Origin: an uncultured Pseudomonadales bacterium
GTDB lineage: Bacteria; Pseudomonadota; Gammaproteobacteria; Pseudomonadales; JBECKS01
Assembly: GCA_964557005.1 (NCBI GenBank)
Contig: CAZKYI010000003.1
Coordinates: forward strand, 22,378 to 86,377
Direction: 5' to 3'
DNA length: 64,000 nt
Part shown: positions 26,021-37,782 of the stretch, piece after piece
How positions within the stretch are numbered: the stretch's first letter is position 1
Layout: every line of letters starts with the position of its first letter
Made by a program: the position numbers and the translations under genes
Notes under the pieces: generated by a model
The model's input: only the letters and a program-made list of their open reading frames with translations
Databases searched by the model: none
What the model was told of the DNA's origin: nothing

Positions 26021-26437
26021 CTACCCCACAACTTCATAACTGTGGGTGATATTCACGCCCGCCTTGCCCAACATAATCGAAGCCGAACAATATTTTTCTG
26101 CCGATAATTCCACCGCTCGTTTTACCTGGGTTTCTTTTAAATTATTCCCTTTCACCACAAAGTGAATGTGAATACTTTCGAACACAGCAGGTACCGCATC
26201 TACCCGTTTTGCCTTGAGCTGCGCCTCACAATCCGTTACATCCTGTCGTGCTTTTTTGAGAATGTGCACCACATCAAAAGCAGAACAACCACCAACGCCC
26301 AATAACAACATTTCCATCGGTCTTGGCCCCTGATTTTTACCGCCGTGATCTTCGGGGCCGTCCATGGTTATGCGATGCCCTGTTCCAGACAGTGCATCGA
26401 AACGCGCTTCACCTTGCCACGAAATTTTACATTCCAT
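26021..26437 (-). CDS. yhfA: OsmC/Ohr family protein (YhfA-like)
   Basis: It has the OsmC fold size and the motif LLGVGGCSAFDVVHILKK...CSASIML. It is divergent from crp, where I recall yhfA lying in E. coli. Confidence 0.75.
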   Translation of the reverse strand: MECKISWQGEARFDALSGTGHRITMDGPEDHGGKNQGPRPMEMLLLGVGGCSAFDVVHILKKARQDVTDCEAQLKAKRVDAVPAVFESIHIHFVVKGNNLKETQVKRAVELSAEKYCSASIMLGKAGVNITHSYEVVG

Positions 26438-26593
26438 ATTACCTACCCTGATGATTTTTTTGAGATGTTAAGAAGCGCACATTCTACTGCATTACATCGC
26501 GAAAAACCGTTATTTGGTACCTGCGCGGCTGGCTATACTTGCACGTAAACTGCATACTTCATTCAACACTCAGGGATTGGAAATACGACAAAA

Positions 26594-27223
26594 ATGAACC
26601 CTTCAAATCATCACAACGCCATTGATATTTTTCTAAGCCGTTGCCATCGGCACAAATATCCTGCCAAAAGCACCATCATTTTTGCAGGGGATCAGGCAGA
26701 TGCCATTTACCTCATTATTAAAGGCTCGGTCACCGTGATTCTGGAAGACCATGAAGGTCACGAAATGATTATTTCCTACCTGAACAAGGGTGACTTTTTT
26801 GGCGAGTTGGGTCTGTTTAGTGAAGGCGATGATCGCTCTGCGCTGATTAAAGTGAAATCAGAATGCGAAGTGGGCGAAATGAGTTACACCGCGTTTCGGG
26901 AACTTGCTCATCAACACCCTGAACTCATGTATTTATTGAGTGCGCAAATGGCCAAGCGTTTGAGAGACACCACCCGAAAAGTGGGCGACCTTGCTTTTGT
27001 AGATGTAACGGGGCGTGTTGCACGCACTCTGCTCGACTTGAGCAAGCAACCCAGTGCCATTACCCACCCCGATGGCATGCAAATCAAAATCACACGTCAG
27101 GAAATTGCACGCATTGTCGGCTGTTCAAGGGAAATGGCAGGACGTGTTTTGAAAACGCTGGAAGATCAGGGCTTGCTAAGCGCCAAAGGCAAAACGATGG
27201 TGATTTTTGGAACACGAAATTAA
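26594..27223 (+). CDS. crp: cAMP receptor protein (CRP/Vfr global regulator)
   Basis: cNMP-binding domain ([21 protein letters not shown]) and recognition helix [29 protein letters not shown]. Confidence 0.9.
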   Translation: MNPSNHHNAIDIFLSRCHRHKYPAKSTIIFAGDQADAIYLIIKGSVTVILEDHEGHEMIISYLNKGDFFGELGLFSEGDDRSALIKVKSECEVGEMSYTAFRELAHQHPELMYLLSAQMAKRLRDTTRKVGDLAFVDVTGRVARTLLDLSKQPSAITHPDGMQIKITRQEIARIVGCSREMAGRVLKTLEDQGLLSAKGKTMVIFGTRN

Positions 27224-28011
27224 TGCGCGAATAATTGAGTGAGCGCTTCCCCCGGATGCTCCGCACGCATAAATGCCTCGCCCACCAAAAATGCTCTTAC
27301 TTCATGTTGCTTCATTAAGGCCACATCTTCCGGTGTATGAATGCCGCTTTCAGTGACTACAGTTTTATCTGTGGGAATATACTGCAACAAATCGAGCGTG
27401 GTATGCAGGCTGGTTTCGAAGGTCTTGAGGTTGCGATTGTTAATGCCAATCAAAGATGTATTAAGCGTAAGCGCGCGTTCGAGTTCTTCGCGATTGTGCA
27501 CTTCCACCAGCACATCCAAATCATAAGCAAGTGCTGTTTTATAAAGCTGTTCAAGTCTGGTTTGATTCAAGGCAGCAACAATTAACAAAATGCAATCTGC
27601 GCCTATGGCACGTGATTCAGCCAGTTGATATTCATCAACCATAAAATCCTTACGCAAAACGGGTAATTCACACGCACTTCTTGCTGCTTGTAAATACGCA
27701 TCACTGCCTTGAAAAAAATCGACATCAGTAAGCACTGAAAGGCAAGTTGCGCCGTGTGCTGCATAAGCACGCGCAATCAATTCAGGATTAAAATTTTCAC
27801 GAATCACACCCTTACTGGGCGAGGCTTTTTTGATTTCGGCAATCACCGCACAGGGCTGTTGCGACATTGTATTTTTGATGGCCTGAACAAAGCCTCTCGC
27901 AGCATCCTGCTGTGCAATGTGTTGTTCCAGAGCTGCTAAAGATTGAAGCTGTTTTCGCTGTGCAACTTCTTCATGTTTTCTTGCGATGATTTTTTCAAGA
28001 ATGTCAGGCAT
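27220..28011 (-). CDS. trpC: Indole-3-glycerol phosphate synthase
   Basis: [46 protein letters not shown]. Confidence 0.9.
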   Translation of the reverse strand: MPDILEKIIARKHEEVAQRKQLQSLAALEQHIAQQDAARGFVQAIKNTMSQQPCAVIAEIKKASPSKGVIRENFNPELIARAYAAHGATCLSVLTDVDFFQGSDAYLQAARSACELPVLRKDFMVDEYQLAESRAIGADCILLIVAALNQTRLEQLYKTALAYDLDVLVEVHNREELERALTLNTSLIGINNRNLKTFETSLHTTLDLLQYIPTDKTVVTESGIHTPEDVALMKQHEVRAFLVGEAFMRAEHPGEALTQLFAH

Positions 28012-28015
28012 GGTA

Positions 28016-29035
28016 TTAACCTGCTGCCTGTGAGAACTCGACCAGTTCTTTTAATTTTTCTCTTGCCTGCCCTGTGCTGAGTACATCGCTCGCCAAATCC
28101 ACACCTGCGTGCAAGGAATCTGTGACACCTGCTGCATAAATGGCTGCCGCTGCATTGAGTTTTACAATATCTGCTGCTGCACTGTCTTCACCCGATAACA
28201 CCGAGTGAATAATCGCGAGACTTTGCTGTGCATTGTTCACTTGCAGGCTATTGAGGCTGGCACGTACCAAACCAAAATCTTCGGGCGCTATGGTGTATTC
28301 TCGAATTTCACCTTTATTTAATTCAGCAACGTGGGTTTCGCTGCCGATACTGATTTCATCAAGACCATCAGCCGCGTGCACCAACAGCACATGCTCACTG
28401 CCCAATTTTCGAAGCACCTCGGCCAGTGGCACTAACAAATGCCTGCCAAAGACACCCATCACCTGATTCGGTGCACCCGCAGGATTGGTTAATGGCCCCA
28501 ACACATTAAACAGGGTGCGTGTCGCCATTTCCTTTCTTGCACGAATCACATGTTTCATGGCTGCATGATGCGCAGGTGCAAACATAAAACCCACACCCAC
28601 TTCTTCAATCGCGCGTGCAAGCTGTTGCGGCGTTAAATTCAAATTCACGCCAGCCGCTTCAAGCACATCTGCACTGCCGCATGCGCTGGAAACCGAACGA
28701 TTACCATGCTTGGCGACATGCGCGCCTGCTGCGGCTGTTACAAAAGCTGCACAGGTAGAGATGTTGAAAGTATTTTTACCATCACCCCCTGTACCGCAGG
28801 TATCGACCAGATGCTTGCAGGAAACTTCAACCTTGCTTGAAAGTTCACGCATCACTGTCGCAGCACCAGTTATTTCATCAACCGTTTCACCTTTCATACG
28901 CAAGGCAATCAAAATGGCGGCGATTTGCGCATCGCTTGCTTCGCCTGTCATTAGCGTGCGCATCACCGCCTGCATTTGCGCTTGCGATAAATCCTGCCGA
29001 TTGATGAGTTGATTCAGGGCTTGAGTAATCTCCAT
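28016..29035 (-). CDS. trpD: Anthranilate phosphoribosyltransferase
   Basis: [36 protein letters not shown]. The ATG at 29035 (MEITQAL) avoids overlap with trpG. Confidence 0.9.
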   Translation of the reverse strand: MEITQALNQLINRQDLSQAQMQAVMRTLMTGEASDAQIAAILIALRMKGETVDEITGAATVMRELSSKVEVSCKHLVDTCGTGGDGKNTFNISTCAAFVTAAAGAHVAKHGNRSVSSACGSADVLEAAGVNLNLTPQQLARAIEEVGVGFMFAPAHHAAMKHVIRARKEMATRTLFNVLGPLTNPAGAPNQVMGVFGRHLLVPLAEVLRKLGSEHVLLVHAADGLDEISIGSETHVAELNKGEIREYTIAPEDFGLVRASLNSLQVNNAQQSLAIIHSVLSGEDSAAADIVKLNAAAAIYAAGVTDSLHAGVDLASDVLSTGQAREKLKELVEFSQAAG

Positions 29036-29042
29036 GATTAGC

Positions 29043-29624
29043 CTACACAATATCGAGAAAGTTTTTTAACAAGTGGTGACCGTGGTCAGTCAAAATCGAT
29101 TCAGGATGAAACTGCACGCCATGCACTTCAAACTCTTTATGGCGCACGCCCATAATTTCATCAACTTCCCCTGCTACGTTTTGAGTCCATGCAGTGATTT
29201 CCAGACAAGCAGGCATGCTGGCTTTTTCGATAACCAGCGAATGATAACGGGTTGCCGTATATGCGTTAGGCAAACCTGCAAACACGCTTTTACCTTCATG
29301 AAAAATTTCAGAAGTTTTTCCGTGCATCACTTGTCTGGCACGAACAATTTTTCCGCCAAAAGCCTGACCGATACCTTGATGCCCCAAACAGATTCCCAAA
29401 ATGGGCAACTTGCCTGAGAAATGTTTTATCGCAGCCAATGAAACGCCCGCTTTATCAGGATTACATGGCCCGGGTGAAATCACCAAATGGGTAGGCTTGT
29501 GTTCTGCAATTTCTTCCACACCAATTTCATCATTGCGAAATACTTTTACATCAGCACCCAGCTCACCCAGATATTGCACCACGTTGTAGGTGAAGGAGTC
29601 GTAATTATCAATCATCAATAGCAT
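29043..29624 (-). CDS. trpG: Anthranilate synthase component II (glutamine amidotransferase)
   Basis: [23 protein letters not shown] catalytic Cys, GVQFHPES. Confidence 0.9.
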   Translation of the reverse strand: MLLMIDNYDSFTYNVVQYLGELGADVKVFRNDEIGVEEIAEHKPTHLVISPGPCNPDKAGVSLAAIKHFSGKLPILGICLGHQGIGQAFGGKIVRARQVMHGKTSEIFHEGKSVFAGLPNAYTATRYHSLVIEKASMPACLEITAWTQNVAGEVDEIMGVRHKEFEVHGVQFHPESILTDHGHHLLKNFLDIV

Positions 29625-29636
29625 GGGTTTATCCTG

Positions 29637-31112
29637 TTAAAGTTCCAAACCTTTCAAAGCCAATTCGACCGCTTTGAAAATCGCTCGCCCCTTGTTCATG
29701 GTTTCCTTCCATTCCAGTTTGGGAATGGAATCGGCCACCAAACCACCGCCCGCTTGTATGTATAACTTTTTGTTTTTTATCACGGCTGTGCGAATGGCAA
29801 TGGCGGTATCCATATTGCCCTGCCATGAAATGTAACCCACTGCGCCACCATAAATACCGCGTTTAACGGGTTCCAGTTCTTCAATAATTTCCATGGCACG
29901 CACTTTTGGCGCACCACTTAAAGTACCTGCGGGCAAGCTCGCTCGCAGCACATCCATCGCGCTTTTGCCTTTCTTTAACTTGCCCGTCACATTGGACACA
30001 ATGTGCATAACATGAGAATAACGTTCGACAATCATTTTATCGCTGAGTACCACACTGCCTGTTTCGGCGACACGACCGACATCATTTCTGCCCAAGTCAA
30101 TCAGCATCAAATGCTCGGCTCTTTCTTTTGGATCGGATAACAACTCCATCTCCAGCGCCTTATCTTCTTCTTCAGTGTGGCCGCGCCTGCGTGTTCCCGC
30201 AATCGGTCGCAAACTCACTTCCCCTTTTTCAAGCCGCGCGAGAATTTCAGGTGAAGAACCGACAATATGAAATTCATCGAGATTCAAATAATACAAATAC
30301 GGCGAAGGATTCAAATAGCGTAAAGCGCGATACAAACTTAAAGGGCTGGCTTCAAAATCAATTTCCATGCGCTGCGATAACACCACCTGCATCACATCGC
30401 CATCAAGAATATATTCCTTAACCCGCTCAACGGCTCTCGCATGTTCAGGTTCCTTAAACCCTGAAACGAAATCCTGTTCTGAAGGCACGGGATATTTGTG
30501 TATCGCTTGCGTATGCGCAGTTTCATTTAATCTCGCTTCCAACTTATCCAAACGTGCTTGAGCATGCTCGAAGCTGCCGCCTTGTTGAGGATTTTCATGC
30601 ACGATAATAAACAATGCGCCGCGCAAATTATCGAACACCACCAGCTCATCAGACACCATCAATAAAATATCGGGTGTACCAATCGGATCAGGCAAATCAC
30701 ACTTCGCCAAAGACTTTTCAATATAGCGAATGGTGTCGTAAGCAAAGTAACCGACCAACCCGCCATTAAACAAGGGCAAGCCTGCGACTTCAGGCACGCG
30801 ATAACGACTTTGAAAACTTTCAACAAAAGCGAGGGGATCTTGCGCTTCAATTTGCTCAACTACTTTGCCTTGCTCGAATACTTGCACCTGATGGCCACAC
30901 ACCTTCAACACCGTTTTACAAGGCAAACCGATAATGGAATAACGCCCCCATTTTTCGCCGCCACGCACCGACTCCAGCAAATAACTGTAAGGTGCATCGG
31001 CCAGTTTTTGATAGGTGCTTAAAGGCGTATCGGAATCTGCAAGCACTTCGCGCACCACAGGAATACGATTGAATTGCTGTTGGGCAAAGCTGGAAAATTG
31101 TTCTGGTGTCAT
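29637..31112 (-). CDS. trpE: Anthranilate synthase component I
   Basis: LLESV...[32 protein letters not shown]. The ATG at 31112 avoids overlap with rpe; the listed GTG at 31133 overlaps it. Confidence 0.9.
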   Translation of the reverse strand: MTPEQFSSFAQQQFNRIPVVREVLADSDTPLSTYQKLADAPYSYLLESVRGGEKWGRYSIIGLPCKTVLKVCGHQVQVFEQGKVVEQIEAQDPLAFVESFQSRYRVPEVAGLPLFNGGLVGYFAYDTIRYIEKSLAKCDLPDPIGTPDILLMVSDELVVFDNLRGALFIIVHENPQQGGSFEHAQARLDKLEARLNETAHTQAIHKYPVPSEQDFVSGFKEPEHARAVERVKEYILDGDVMQVVLSQRMEIDFEASPLSLYRALRYLNPSPYLYYLNLDEFHIVGSSPEILARLEKGEVSLRPIAGTRRRGHTEEEDKALEMELLSDPKERAEHLMLIDLGRNDVGRVAETGSVVLSDKMIVERYSHVMHIVSNVTGKLKKGKSAMDVLRASLPAGTLSGAPKVRAMEIIEELEPVKRGIYGGAVGYISWQGNMDTAIAIRTAVIKNKKLYIQAGGGLVADSIPKLEWKETMNKGRAIFKAVELALKGLEL

Positions 31113-31122
31113 GGAAATCTCT

Positions 31123-31800
31123 TTAGCAAGCACTCAAGGCACTGCGCAAAGCTGCAATCGCTTTGGCGTAATCATCTTTACCAAAAATGGCTGAACCTGC
31201 CACAAAAGTATCGGCACCAGCTTTGGCAATGTCAGCAATATTCGCTGCACTCACACCACCATCAACTTCCAAACGAATGTTTTTGCCGCTCGCCTGAATG
31301 CGCTGCTTCGCTTCAACCAGTTTTGGCAAAGTAGAAGGAATAAATTTTTGCCCGCCAAACCCTGGATTGACAGACATCAATAAAATCATGTCCAGCTCAT
31401 CGATGATGTGATCAAGATAATGCAAGGGCGTTGCAGGATTAAACACCAAACCCGCTTTTTTACCTGCGTCTTTAATCAGCTTCACACTGCGATCAATGTG
31501 CTCGGACGCTTCGGGGTGGAAAGTAATATAATCCGCACCCGCCTGAATAAATTCACCAATCAAACTGTCGACAGGTTTCACCATCAGGTGCACATCAATC
31601 GGCGCAGTAATGCCGTAACTACGCAGCGCCTTGCACACCATCGGCCCGAAAGTCAGATTAGGCACGTAGTGATTATCCATCACATCAAAGTGAACGATGT
31701 CGGCACCTGCTGCCAACACCTTGGCAACGTCATCGCCCAGCCGCGCCAAATCGGCAGAAAGAATGGAAGGCGCAATTAAATAATCGTTTTTTGTGCTCAT
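31123..31800 (-). CDS. rpe: Ribulose-phosphate 3-epimerase
   Basis: [43 protein letters not shown]. Confidence 0.92.
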   Translation of the reverse strand: MSTKNDYLIAPSILSADLARLGDDVAKVLAAGADIVHFDVMDNHYVPNLTFGPMVCKALRSYGITAPIDVHLMVKPVDSLIGEFIQAGADYITFHPEASEHIDRSVKLIKDAGKKAGLVFNPATPLHYLDHIIDELDMILLMSVNPGFGGQKFIPSTLPKLVEAKQRIQASGKNIRLEVDGGVSAANIADIAKAGADTFVAGSAIFGKDDYAKAIAALRSALSAC

Positions 31801-32021
31801 GGTGTTTCAGGCAAGAGGTGAAGATGTGGGCATTGTAGCCAAGCAAAGCTGTATTTCACAGTACTGCAAACAGACTCAGAGAGTCGCCCCATACAAGCAA
31901 TTATCAGGCTGTATTGAAGGAAGGGTTAGCTGGTAAACTTCGTGCTCATTGAAAAAATATTAAAAGGAATTCAATAGTTGATTACCGATTCGCTAAGCGG
32001 TGATTTACTAGGGGAAGATAA

Positions 32022-33251
32022 ATGGACAAAACACTCACATCAAAAAGTAACATAACTTTGTTTGGCCGCATTCGCGATATTCTGGATTCGGCGAGAAGCA
32101 ACATCACACGCACAGTCAATACCACTCAGGTGATAGCCAACTGGCTGATTGGCCGCGAAATTGTAGAAGCTGAGCAAGGTGGAAAACAGCGAGCCGACTA
32201 CGGCAGCAAAGCCCTTGCCGAGTTATCTGCTCGATTAGGTGAAGCATATGGGCGTGGTTTTTCCGTTGATAATCTGGAAGCTTTCAGGCAGTTCTATCTG
32301 GAATACCCACAGCTAATTTCCGAGACACTGTCGCGGAATTTGAGCCTGCCCTACATTTCCGAGACACCGTCTCGGAAATCTGCCAAAACACCAACTACTG
32401 TTGTCTGGCAACCTGGAGTTTTGAGCCAGCAACTTTCATGGAGCCACTATCGCGCCCTACTCAAAGTGAGTCGCTCTGAGGCACGGGCATTCTATGAAAT
32501 TGAAGCCATTAACAATGCTTGGTCAGTGCGCGAGCTGGAACGGCAAATTAACAGTTTGCTATTTGATCGCTTGGCAAAAAGTCGGGATAAAAAAGGGCTG
32601 ATGCGTTTGGCTACACATGGGCAAGAAGTGGTACAGCCTTTAGATGTGTTGAAAGACCCTGTCGTACTGGAATTTTTGAATCTGCCCGAATCACCTCGTT
32701 TGGTGGAATCGCAGTTAGAGCAGGCTTTAATCAATAATCTGCAAACCTTTTTACAGGAGCTGGGCAAGGGCTTTGCGTTTGTCTCGCGGCAAGAACGTAT
32801 TACGCTTGATGGTGATCATTTTTATATTGATCTGGTTTTCTATCACACGGTTCTGAAATGTTATGTGTTGGTGGATCTGAAGGTGGGCAAGTTGACACTT
32901 GGCGATCTTGGACAAATTCAATTCTATGTAAACTATTATGACCGTGAGCGACGCACTCAGGGTGATAACCCAACGCTTGGCTTAGTTTTGTGCCCGAATA
33001 AAAATAATGCCGTAGTAAAATACACGCTGGGCGATCAATTAAAAAAGAATATTTTTACCAGTCACTACCAATTGTATTTACCAACCGAAAAAGAATTAGA
33101 GCAAGAATTAAAACGGGAGTTGCGTTTTCTTTCACCCAAACAAACTGAAATCGAAAAAAGAACAACTACTAAAAAAACAATTAAGAAAAAATCAAAAAGC
33201 AAAAAACCGATTGAAAAAAATAAAAATAATAAACGGAAACCCAAAGCATGA
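32022..33251 (+). CDS. yhcG: YhcG-family PD-(D/E)xK nuclease (DUF1016) with a Lys-rich C-terminal tail
   Basis: LSWSHYRALLKV, FYEIEAINNAWSVRELERQI, and nuclease core GDHFYIDLVFYH...YVLVDLKVGK. The last ~40 aa are K/N/T-rich low complexity. Confidence 0.85.
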   Translation: MDKTLTSKSNITLFGRIRDILDSARSNITRTVNTTQVIANWLIGREIVEAEQGGKQRADYGSKALAELSARLGEAYGRGFSVDNLEAFRQFYLEYPQLISETLSRNLSLPYISETPSRKSAKTPTTVVWQPGVLSQQLSWSHYRALLKVSRSEARAFYEIEAINNAWSVRELERQINSLLFDRLAKSRDKKGLMRLATHGQEVVQPLDVLKDPVVLEFLNLPESPRLVESQLEQALINNLQTFLQELGKGFAFVSRQERITLDGDHFYIDLVFYHTVLKCYVLVDLKVGKLTLGDLGQIQFYVNYYDRERRTQGDNPTLGLVLCPNKNNAVVKYTLGDQLKKNIFTSHYQLYLPTEKELEQELKRELRFLSPKQTEIEKRTTTKKTIKKKSKSKKPIEKNKNNKRKPKA

Positions 33252-33340
33252 GCATGCAGATATTAAATGCCATTAGTGGTCGTTTGAGTTTACGTTCGCC
33301 ACAGGGTTGCATGGCGGAAGAACAGTCAAGGGCTGAAAAC

Positions 33341-34111
33341 CTACCACCCTTCGGTTTTATGCACATGCTTCCAGATTTGTTTTGGCATCCAGCGGCGCAC
33401 TCGATAACCCCACACCGTGTCTTTACCAGGGAACACCCAGAACTCGCCTTTATCCAAACAGCGCTCAATTTCATCAATCACTTGCGCAGGTTCAATGTGC
33501 GGTTGGTCGTCCATGATTTTTGGCCATACGGTATCTCGCCCCTGTTGCAACAAGGGGGTTTTCACCACTGGGGGGCACACGCAGGCAAAACGCACATTGG
33601 CATTCTGGTTTTCGTGGGCGAGGATTTCGGTATAAGCCGAGGTGGCAAATTTGCTCGCACAATATGCCCCTGCTAACAACACAGGCATCTGGCCGAGCAT
33701 GGAAGAAAACACCACACAGTCACCACCACCACTTTCAATCAAATTAGGTAGCGCAGCCTTGGTGACATTCACGGTGCCACCGTAGTTAATGTCCATCACC
33801 AGTTTGATGTTAGCAGCATCGTGCTCAAGGATTTTTCCGAAAGGCATAATTGCAGCGCAGATAAAAATACGGTCGAGATTCCCCAGTTCCTGAATCGCCT
33901 GCGCCACCACCTGTTTGACTTGATCGTTATTGGTCACATCGACGGGGTAAATATGGATATTATCGTGGCCTTCCGCCGTTTCCTTAAGCCCCGCTGCATT
34001 CACGTCCAAAGCAGCGACTTTTGCACCCGCCTTGCTGAAACGCTGTGCCGCCAGACGACCCATGCCGCTGCCTGCACCTGAAATCAAACATACCTTACCT
34101 GCCAAACTCAT
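33341..34111 (-). CDS. SDR family oxidoreductase
   Basis: Cofactor motif ISGAGSGMG and catalytic YCASK. The ATG at 34111 is preceded by a GGAGG Shine-Dalgarno. Confidence 0.8.
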   Translation of the reverse strand: MSLAGKVCLISGAGSGMGRLAAQRFSKAGAKVAALDVNAAGLKETAEGHDNIHIYPVDVTNNDQVKQVVAQAIQELGNLDRIFICAAIMPFGKILEHDAANIKLVMDINYGGTVNVTKAALPNLIESGGGDCVVFSSMLGQMPVLLAGAYCASKFATSAYTEILAHENQNANVRFACVCPPVVKTPLLQQGRDTVWPKIMDDQPHIEPAQVIDEIERCLDKGEFWVFPGKDTVWGYRVRRWMPKQIWKHVHKTEGW

Positions 34112-34292
34112 ACCGCCTCCATCATTGTTGTTCTGACTGATGGAAAACATGATATGTGAAGCCTGTTTAAAACGCCTCCCCCAATTAAGTGACCGGCCTC
34201 TTGATTAGCAAGCACGAATCATGCACCTTGTGCCTGCAATCTTTTTACACCTTTCACACCGTCATCTTTGTACAACTGCATCAGGAGTTCAT

Positions 34293-34793
34293 ATGAAAAA
34301 AATAAAAATAATCGGCACCCTTGGTTTAACTGCCCTGTTAGGCATCAACAACATCGCTCATGCGGAAGCGCCAGGCGGCCCTGATTGCGGCTGGGGAAAT
34401 ATGATTTTTCAGGGTGACAATGGTGTGGTGAGCCACACAGCCGCCTATGTCACCAATGGCCTTTCTTCATTTAATGCGTTCTTCGGCATTGTATTTGGCA
34501 CCAACGGCTGTGACACACGAGGTGTGCTGACTTACGGTGGCGAACCCATGCTCGGCCTCAATCATATGCTCGACGAACTGGCACAGGATATTGCGCAAGG
34601 CCAAGGTGAAGCTTTAAGTGCGCTGAATGTTGCCTTGAAAATCCAGCCTGAGGATCGCGCTTATTTCAACGAAACGCTGCACCACCGCTTCAATGACATT
34701 TTCAAACACGAAAATATTGAAGCAGCCGAGGTCTATCAAAACATTCAGGCACTTATGCGCGAAGATGAACGCTTGAAGCCCTACCTTGGCTAA
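34293..34793 (+). CDS. DUF3015-like periplasmic protein
   Basis: It has a signal peptide, then GPDCGWGNM...TNGC motifs recalled from DUF3015. The ATG at 34293 has an AGGAG Shine-Dalgarno. Confidence 0.55.
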   Translation: MKKIKIIGTLGLTALLGINNIAHAEAPGGPDCGWGNMIFQGDNGVVSHTAAYVTNGLSSFNAFFGIVFGTNGCDTRGVLTYGGEPMLGLNHMLDELAQDIAQGQGEALSALNVALKIQPEDRAYFNETLHHRFNDIFKHENIEAAEVYQNIQALMREDERLKPYLG

Positions 34794-34815
34794 GGCGTGT
34801 GCTTGTTAGCGGCTT

Positions 34816-36738
34816 ATGCGTTTTATCGTTGTTTTATGTGTCGGCCTGATTCTGTATTTGCCGCATACGTGGGTAAACGCAAACCCAGCTCCCACCTTCC
34901 CCAACCTCACTCATGCCGAGCTGGAAACACTGGCTCGGCATCCACAATGGCTGGCTTTATTACACTTTAATCAGGGCGGCACGCTGCACAAGCGAAATAA
35001 AAGTTATGTGAGCAGCGAGCATTTCTTTTTAAGTGAAGCAGGCAAGCAAAATCCGCGTGCAGAATTACAAAAAAATATTGAATACTTTTTTTCTGACGAT
35101 GCAGAAAAACTTCAATATCGCTGTCAGTTTCCTGCACGTTTCAGATGGATTTCCGAACAGCTCGAACTTGCGCCTTATCAGCAGGGCTTGAAACACTGCG
35201 ACACTTTTCTTGCCATGCACAGCAAGGTCGCAGCAAAAAAAATCACCCTGATTTTTCCCTCTGCCTACATGAACAGCGCTTCTTCTATTTTTGGCCACAC
35301 GCTGTTTCGCATCGATAACAGCCTTGAAGATGAAAGCGTGATTCTGAATTGGGCAGTGAACTACGGTGCAAAATTAAATCCTGACGACAATGCAATTGAA
35401 TATGCTTTAAAAGGTTTGGGTGGCGCATATAAAGGCCAATACTTCGTAGTGCCCTATGCACAAAAAATAAAAGAATACGGGCAAATGGAAAACCGCGACA
35501 TTTGGGAATTTCCTCTCGCGCTCACACAAAGTGAAGTGGACTTTTTAATCGAGCATTTGTGGGAATTGCAGAATATTGAATTTGATTATTATTTTTTTGA
35601 TGAAAACTGTGCTTATCGTCTGCTCGAAATACTCGATGTGATAAAACCCGAACTACAATTAACCCGAAAATTTCGTTTTGCAGAAATTCCCATGAACACG
35701 GTGAAAACGGTGCAGGACTCAGGCCTGATTGAAAACGAAGTTTTTCGCCCTTCCAAAGAAAGGATTTTAAAACATCAGCTTGCACAACTTTCCAAAAAAG
35801 AAATCCAGCTGGTAAAACAACTGGCTGATGCCGACGTGAATTTACAAAGCACACTCGAACACGATGACTTCAAAAAACATGATGTACAGAAGCAATTACT
35901 CATCACCCAGACTGCTTACGAATTGCTGCGGTTTGAACAATCACAAATCGAAAGGCAGGCAGCAATGGCGAAACGCAGCCTCGAATTGCTCGGCCAAATC
36001 AATCAACTCAGCCAGCTCACAGGCACCAGCAAAGCTGTTTTATACACATCAACGACGCTTCCCACCGAAGCCAGAGTTTTGCAAAGTCATGACAGTCGCC
36101 GTCTGGCATTCACCACAGGAAAACAGCAGGAAGGTGATGGTTTTTCAGAAATCCAGCTTCGCATGGCGTATCACGATTTTCTCGATAACAACGCAGGCTA
36201 TCTGAACGGTGCGCACATTGAAGGGCCTGCACTTGCGCTCAAACATCAAGATGCTGAAACCTATGTGGATAGTTTTTCGCTGATGAATGTGATGTCGCTT
36301 AATCCCGTTAATCACATACGCAGCGATTTTTCATGGCGTTTAGCGCTGCAAGGAAAAAGAAATGCGCTGGGGCAAAATACACTCAGCACCCAATTAAAAA
36401 TCGGCGGCGGACTTGCATGGCAACACGGCAACTGGATGCACTACCAAATGCTAAGCCCCTTAATCGAACACAATCCCGATTTCTCTCACCACTTCAAGGC
36501 AGGCATACATTACGAATTGGGTGTGGCATTGAAAGCACAGCGCTACAACAGCTTTGCAGGGTTTGAAGTTGAAAAACTTGAACAACAGCCTGCACGACTC
36601 ACAGGAAATTTGATTCAGCACATAGAACTGCAAAGAAATCACGCGCTACGCTTGGGCGTGCGTTATTTTGAACAGGAAAACAATGTGTTGTTTGAAGAAA
36701 GCAAAATCGCTTACGTGAGTTATCTTTTTTATTTCTAA
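34816..36738 (+). CDS. DUF4105 (Lnb N-terminal periplasmic domain) family protein
   Basis: It has a signal peptide, and SIFGHTLFRIDN...YFFDENCAYRLLE is typical of DUF4105. The long C-terminal region is probably beta-rich. Confidence 0.6.
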   Translation: MRFIVVLCVGLILYLPHTWVNANPAPTFPNLTHAELETLARHPQWLALLHFNQGGTLHKRNKSYVSSEHFFLSEAGKQNPRAELQKNIEYFFSDDAEKLQYRCQFPARFRWISEQLELAPYQQGLKHCDTFLAMHSKVAAKKITLIFPSAYMNSASSIFGHTLFRIDNSLEDESVILNWAVNYGAKLNPDDNAIEYALKGLGGAYKGQYFVVPYAQKIKEYGQMENRDIWEFPLALTQSEVDFLIEHLWELQNIEFDYYFFDENCAYRLLEILDVIKPELQLTRKFRFAEIPMNTVKTVQDSGLIENEVFRPSKERILKHQLAQLSKKEIQLVKQLADADVNLQSTLEHDDFKKHDVQKQLLITQTAYELLRFEQSQIERQAAMAKRSLELLGQINQLSQLTGTSKAVLYTSTTLPTEARVLQSHDSRRLAFTTGKQQEGDGFSEIQLRMAYHDFLDNNAGYLNGAHIEGPALALKHQDAETYVDSFSLMNVMSLNPVNHIRSDFSWRLALQGKRNALGQNTLSTQLKIGGGLAWQHGNWMHYQMLSPLIEHNPDFSHHFKAGIHYELGVALKAQRYNSFAGFEVEKLEQQPARLTGNLIQHIELQRNHALRLGVRYFEQENNVLFEESKIAYVSYLFYF

Positions 36739-37640
36739 TCTCTTTTCCACTCAGGTGGTGCCCAAAGATGTTTCAATCTTTGCGTGAGTGAGCCTGGCTG
36801 TTTCATATCCCTGAACATATCAATCCATTCGTGAAAATTGATTTTCAAAATATTATAAGTATGAATCTGTTTGGGAATGCCGTAATCCACAGGATTATTT
36901 TGTGCATCTTCTTCTACAAAAGTACCAAATAATCTATCGAAAATAATTACCACGCCGCCGTAGTTTTTATCAATATATTCAGGATTTCTCCCATGATGCG
37001 CACGATGATGTGAAGGCGTTACAAAAATATATTCAATCCACGGATGTAATTTTCCCACTGCTTGCGTGTGCACAAAATATTGATAAAACAAATCCAGTGC
37101 ATACATTGATAACACCACCTCAGGGGGAAAACCCAATAACATCAAAGGACAAAAGAAAATCACCACACCACCACTGATGGCGTAAGTCATACTTTGCCGT
37201 GTCGCCGTACTGAGATTCATGCCTTCTGATGAATGATGTACCACATGAGAACACCACAAATAACGAATGCGATGGTTGGCGCGGTGATACCAGTAATACA
37301 GAAATTCCACGCCTAAAAATCCGAGCAACAGATTGACGGCATTAAGTTCGATGTCAAACAAGCGAAAACCATAAAGCCAGTGCATCAAGGCACCCAGAAT
37401 CAGAAAATGTAAAATCACTTCCATGATCTGATAACTGAAGCCCAAACCAAAATTGCTCAGAATTTCCTTCAATTTGAAAATTTCAGGGCGGTGGCGCAGC
37501 ACATACATTTCTACCAGTAAAGCGCTAATAAAAATAGGCGTTGCCAGGCCCAGAATCAGCTCCTTCCAATCAAAGCGATAGCCCAGCGCATCAATATGCG
37601 CCAGGGCGAATTCAACAAAACTGTAGATAGATTCCTGCAT
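36735..37640 (-). CDS. Sterol desaturase / fatty acid hydroxylase superfamily membrane protein
   Basis: Histidine boxes HRANH, HVVHH, HHRAHH. The ATG at 37640 has a GGGGA Shine-Dalgarno. Confidence 0.75.
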   Translation of the reverse strand: MQESIYSFVEFALAHIDALGYRFDWKELILGLATPIFISALLVEMYVLRHRPEIFKLKEILSNFGLGFSYQIMEVILHFLILGALMHWLYGFRLFDIELNAVNLLLGFLGVEFLYYWYHRANHRIRYLWCSHVVHHSSEGMNLSTATRQSMTYAISGGVVIFFCPLMLLGFPPEVVLSMYALDLFYQYFVHTQAVGKLHPWIEYIFVTPSHHRAHHGRNPEYIDKNYGGVVIIFDRLFGTFVEEDAQNNPVDYGIPKQIHTYNILKINFHEWIDMFRDMKQPGSLTQRLKHLWAPPEWKRD

Positions 37641-37782
37641 CAATAAAGTCCCCGTTTCAAAATTTCTCAGGCAAGCCATTATTCAGGTTTTAACGGATGG
37701 GTGATAGTATAAACGCCATTCCGAAACAGCGGTCTACGGAATAACACACTAACTGGTTTCACATTTATTGCAGGGGAAAATT

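Noticed and set aside
33248-33676. 142-aa plus-strand ORF downstream of yhcG
   Set aside because: It is antisense to the SDR gene, which has clear cofactor and catalytic motifs.
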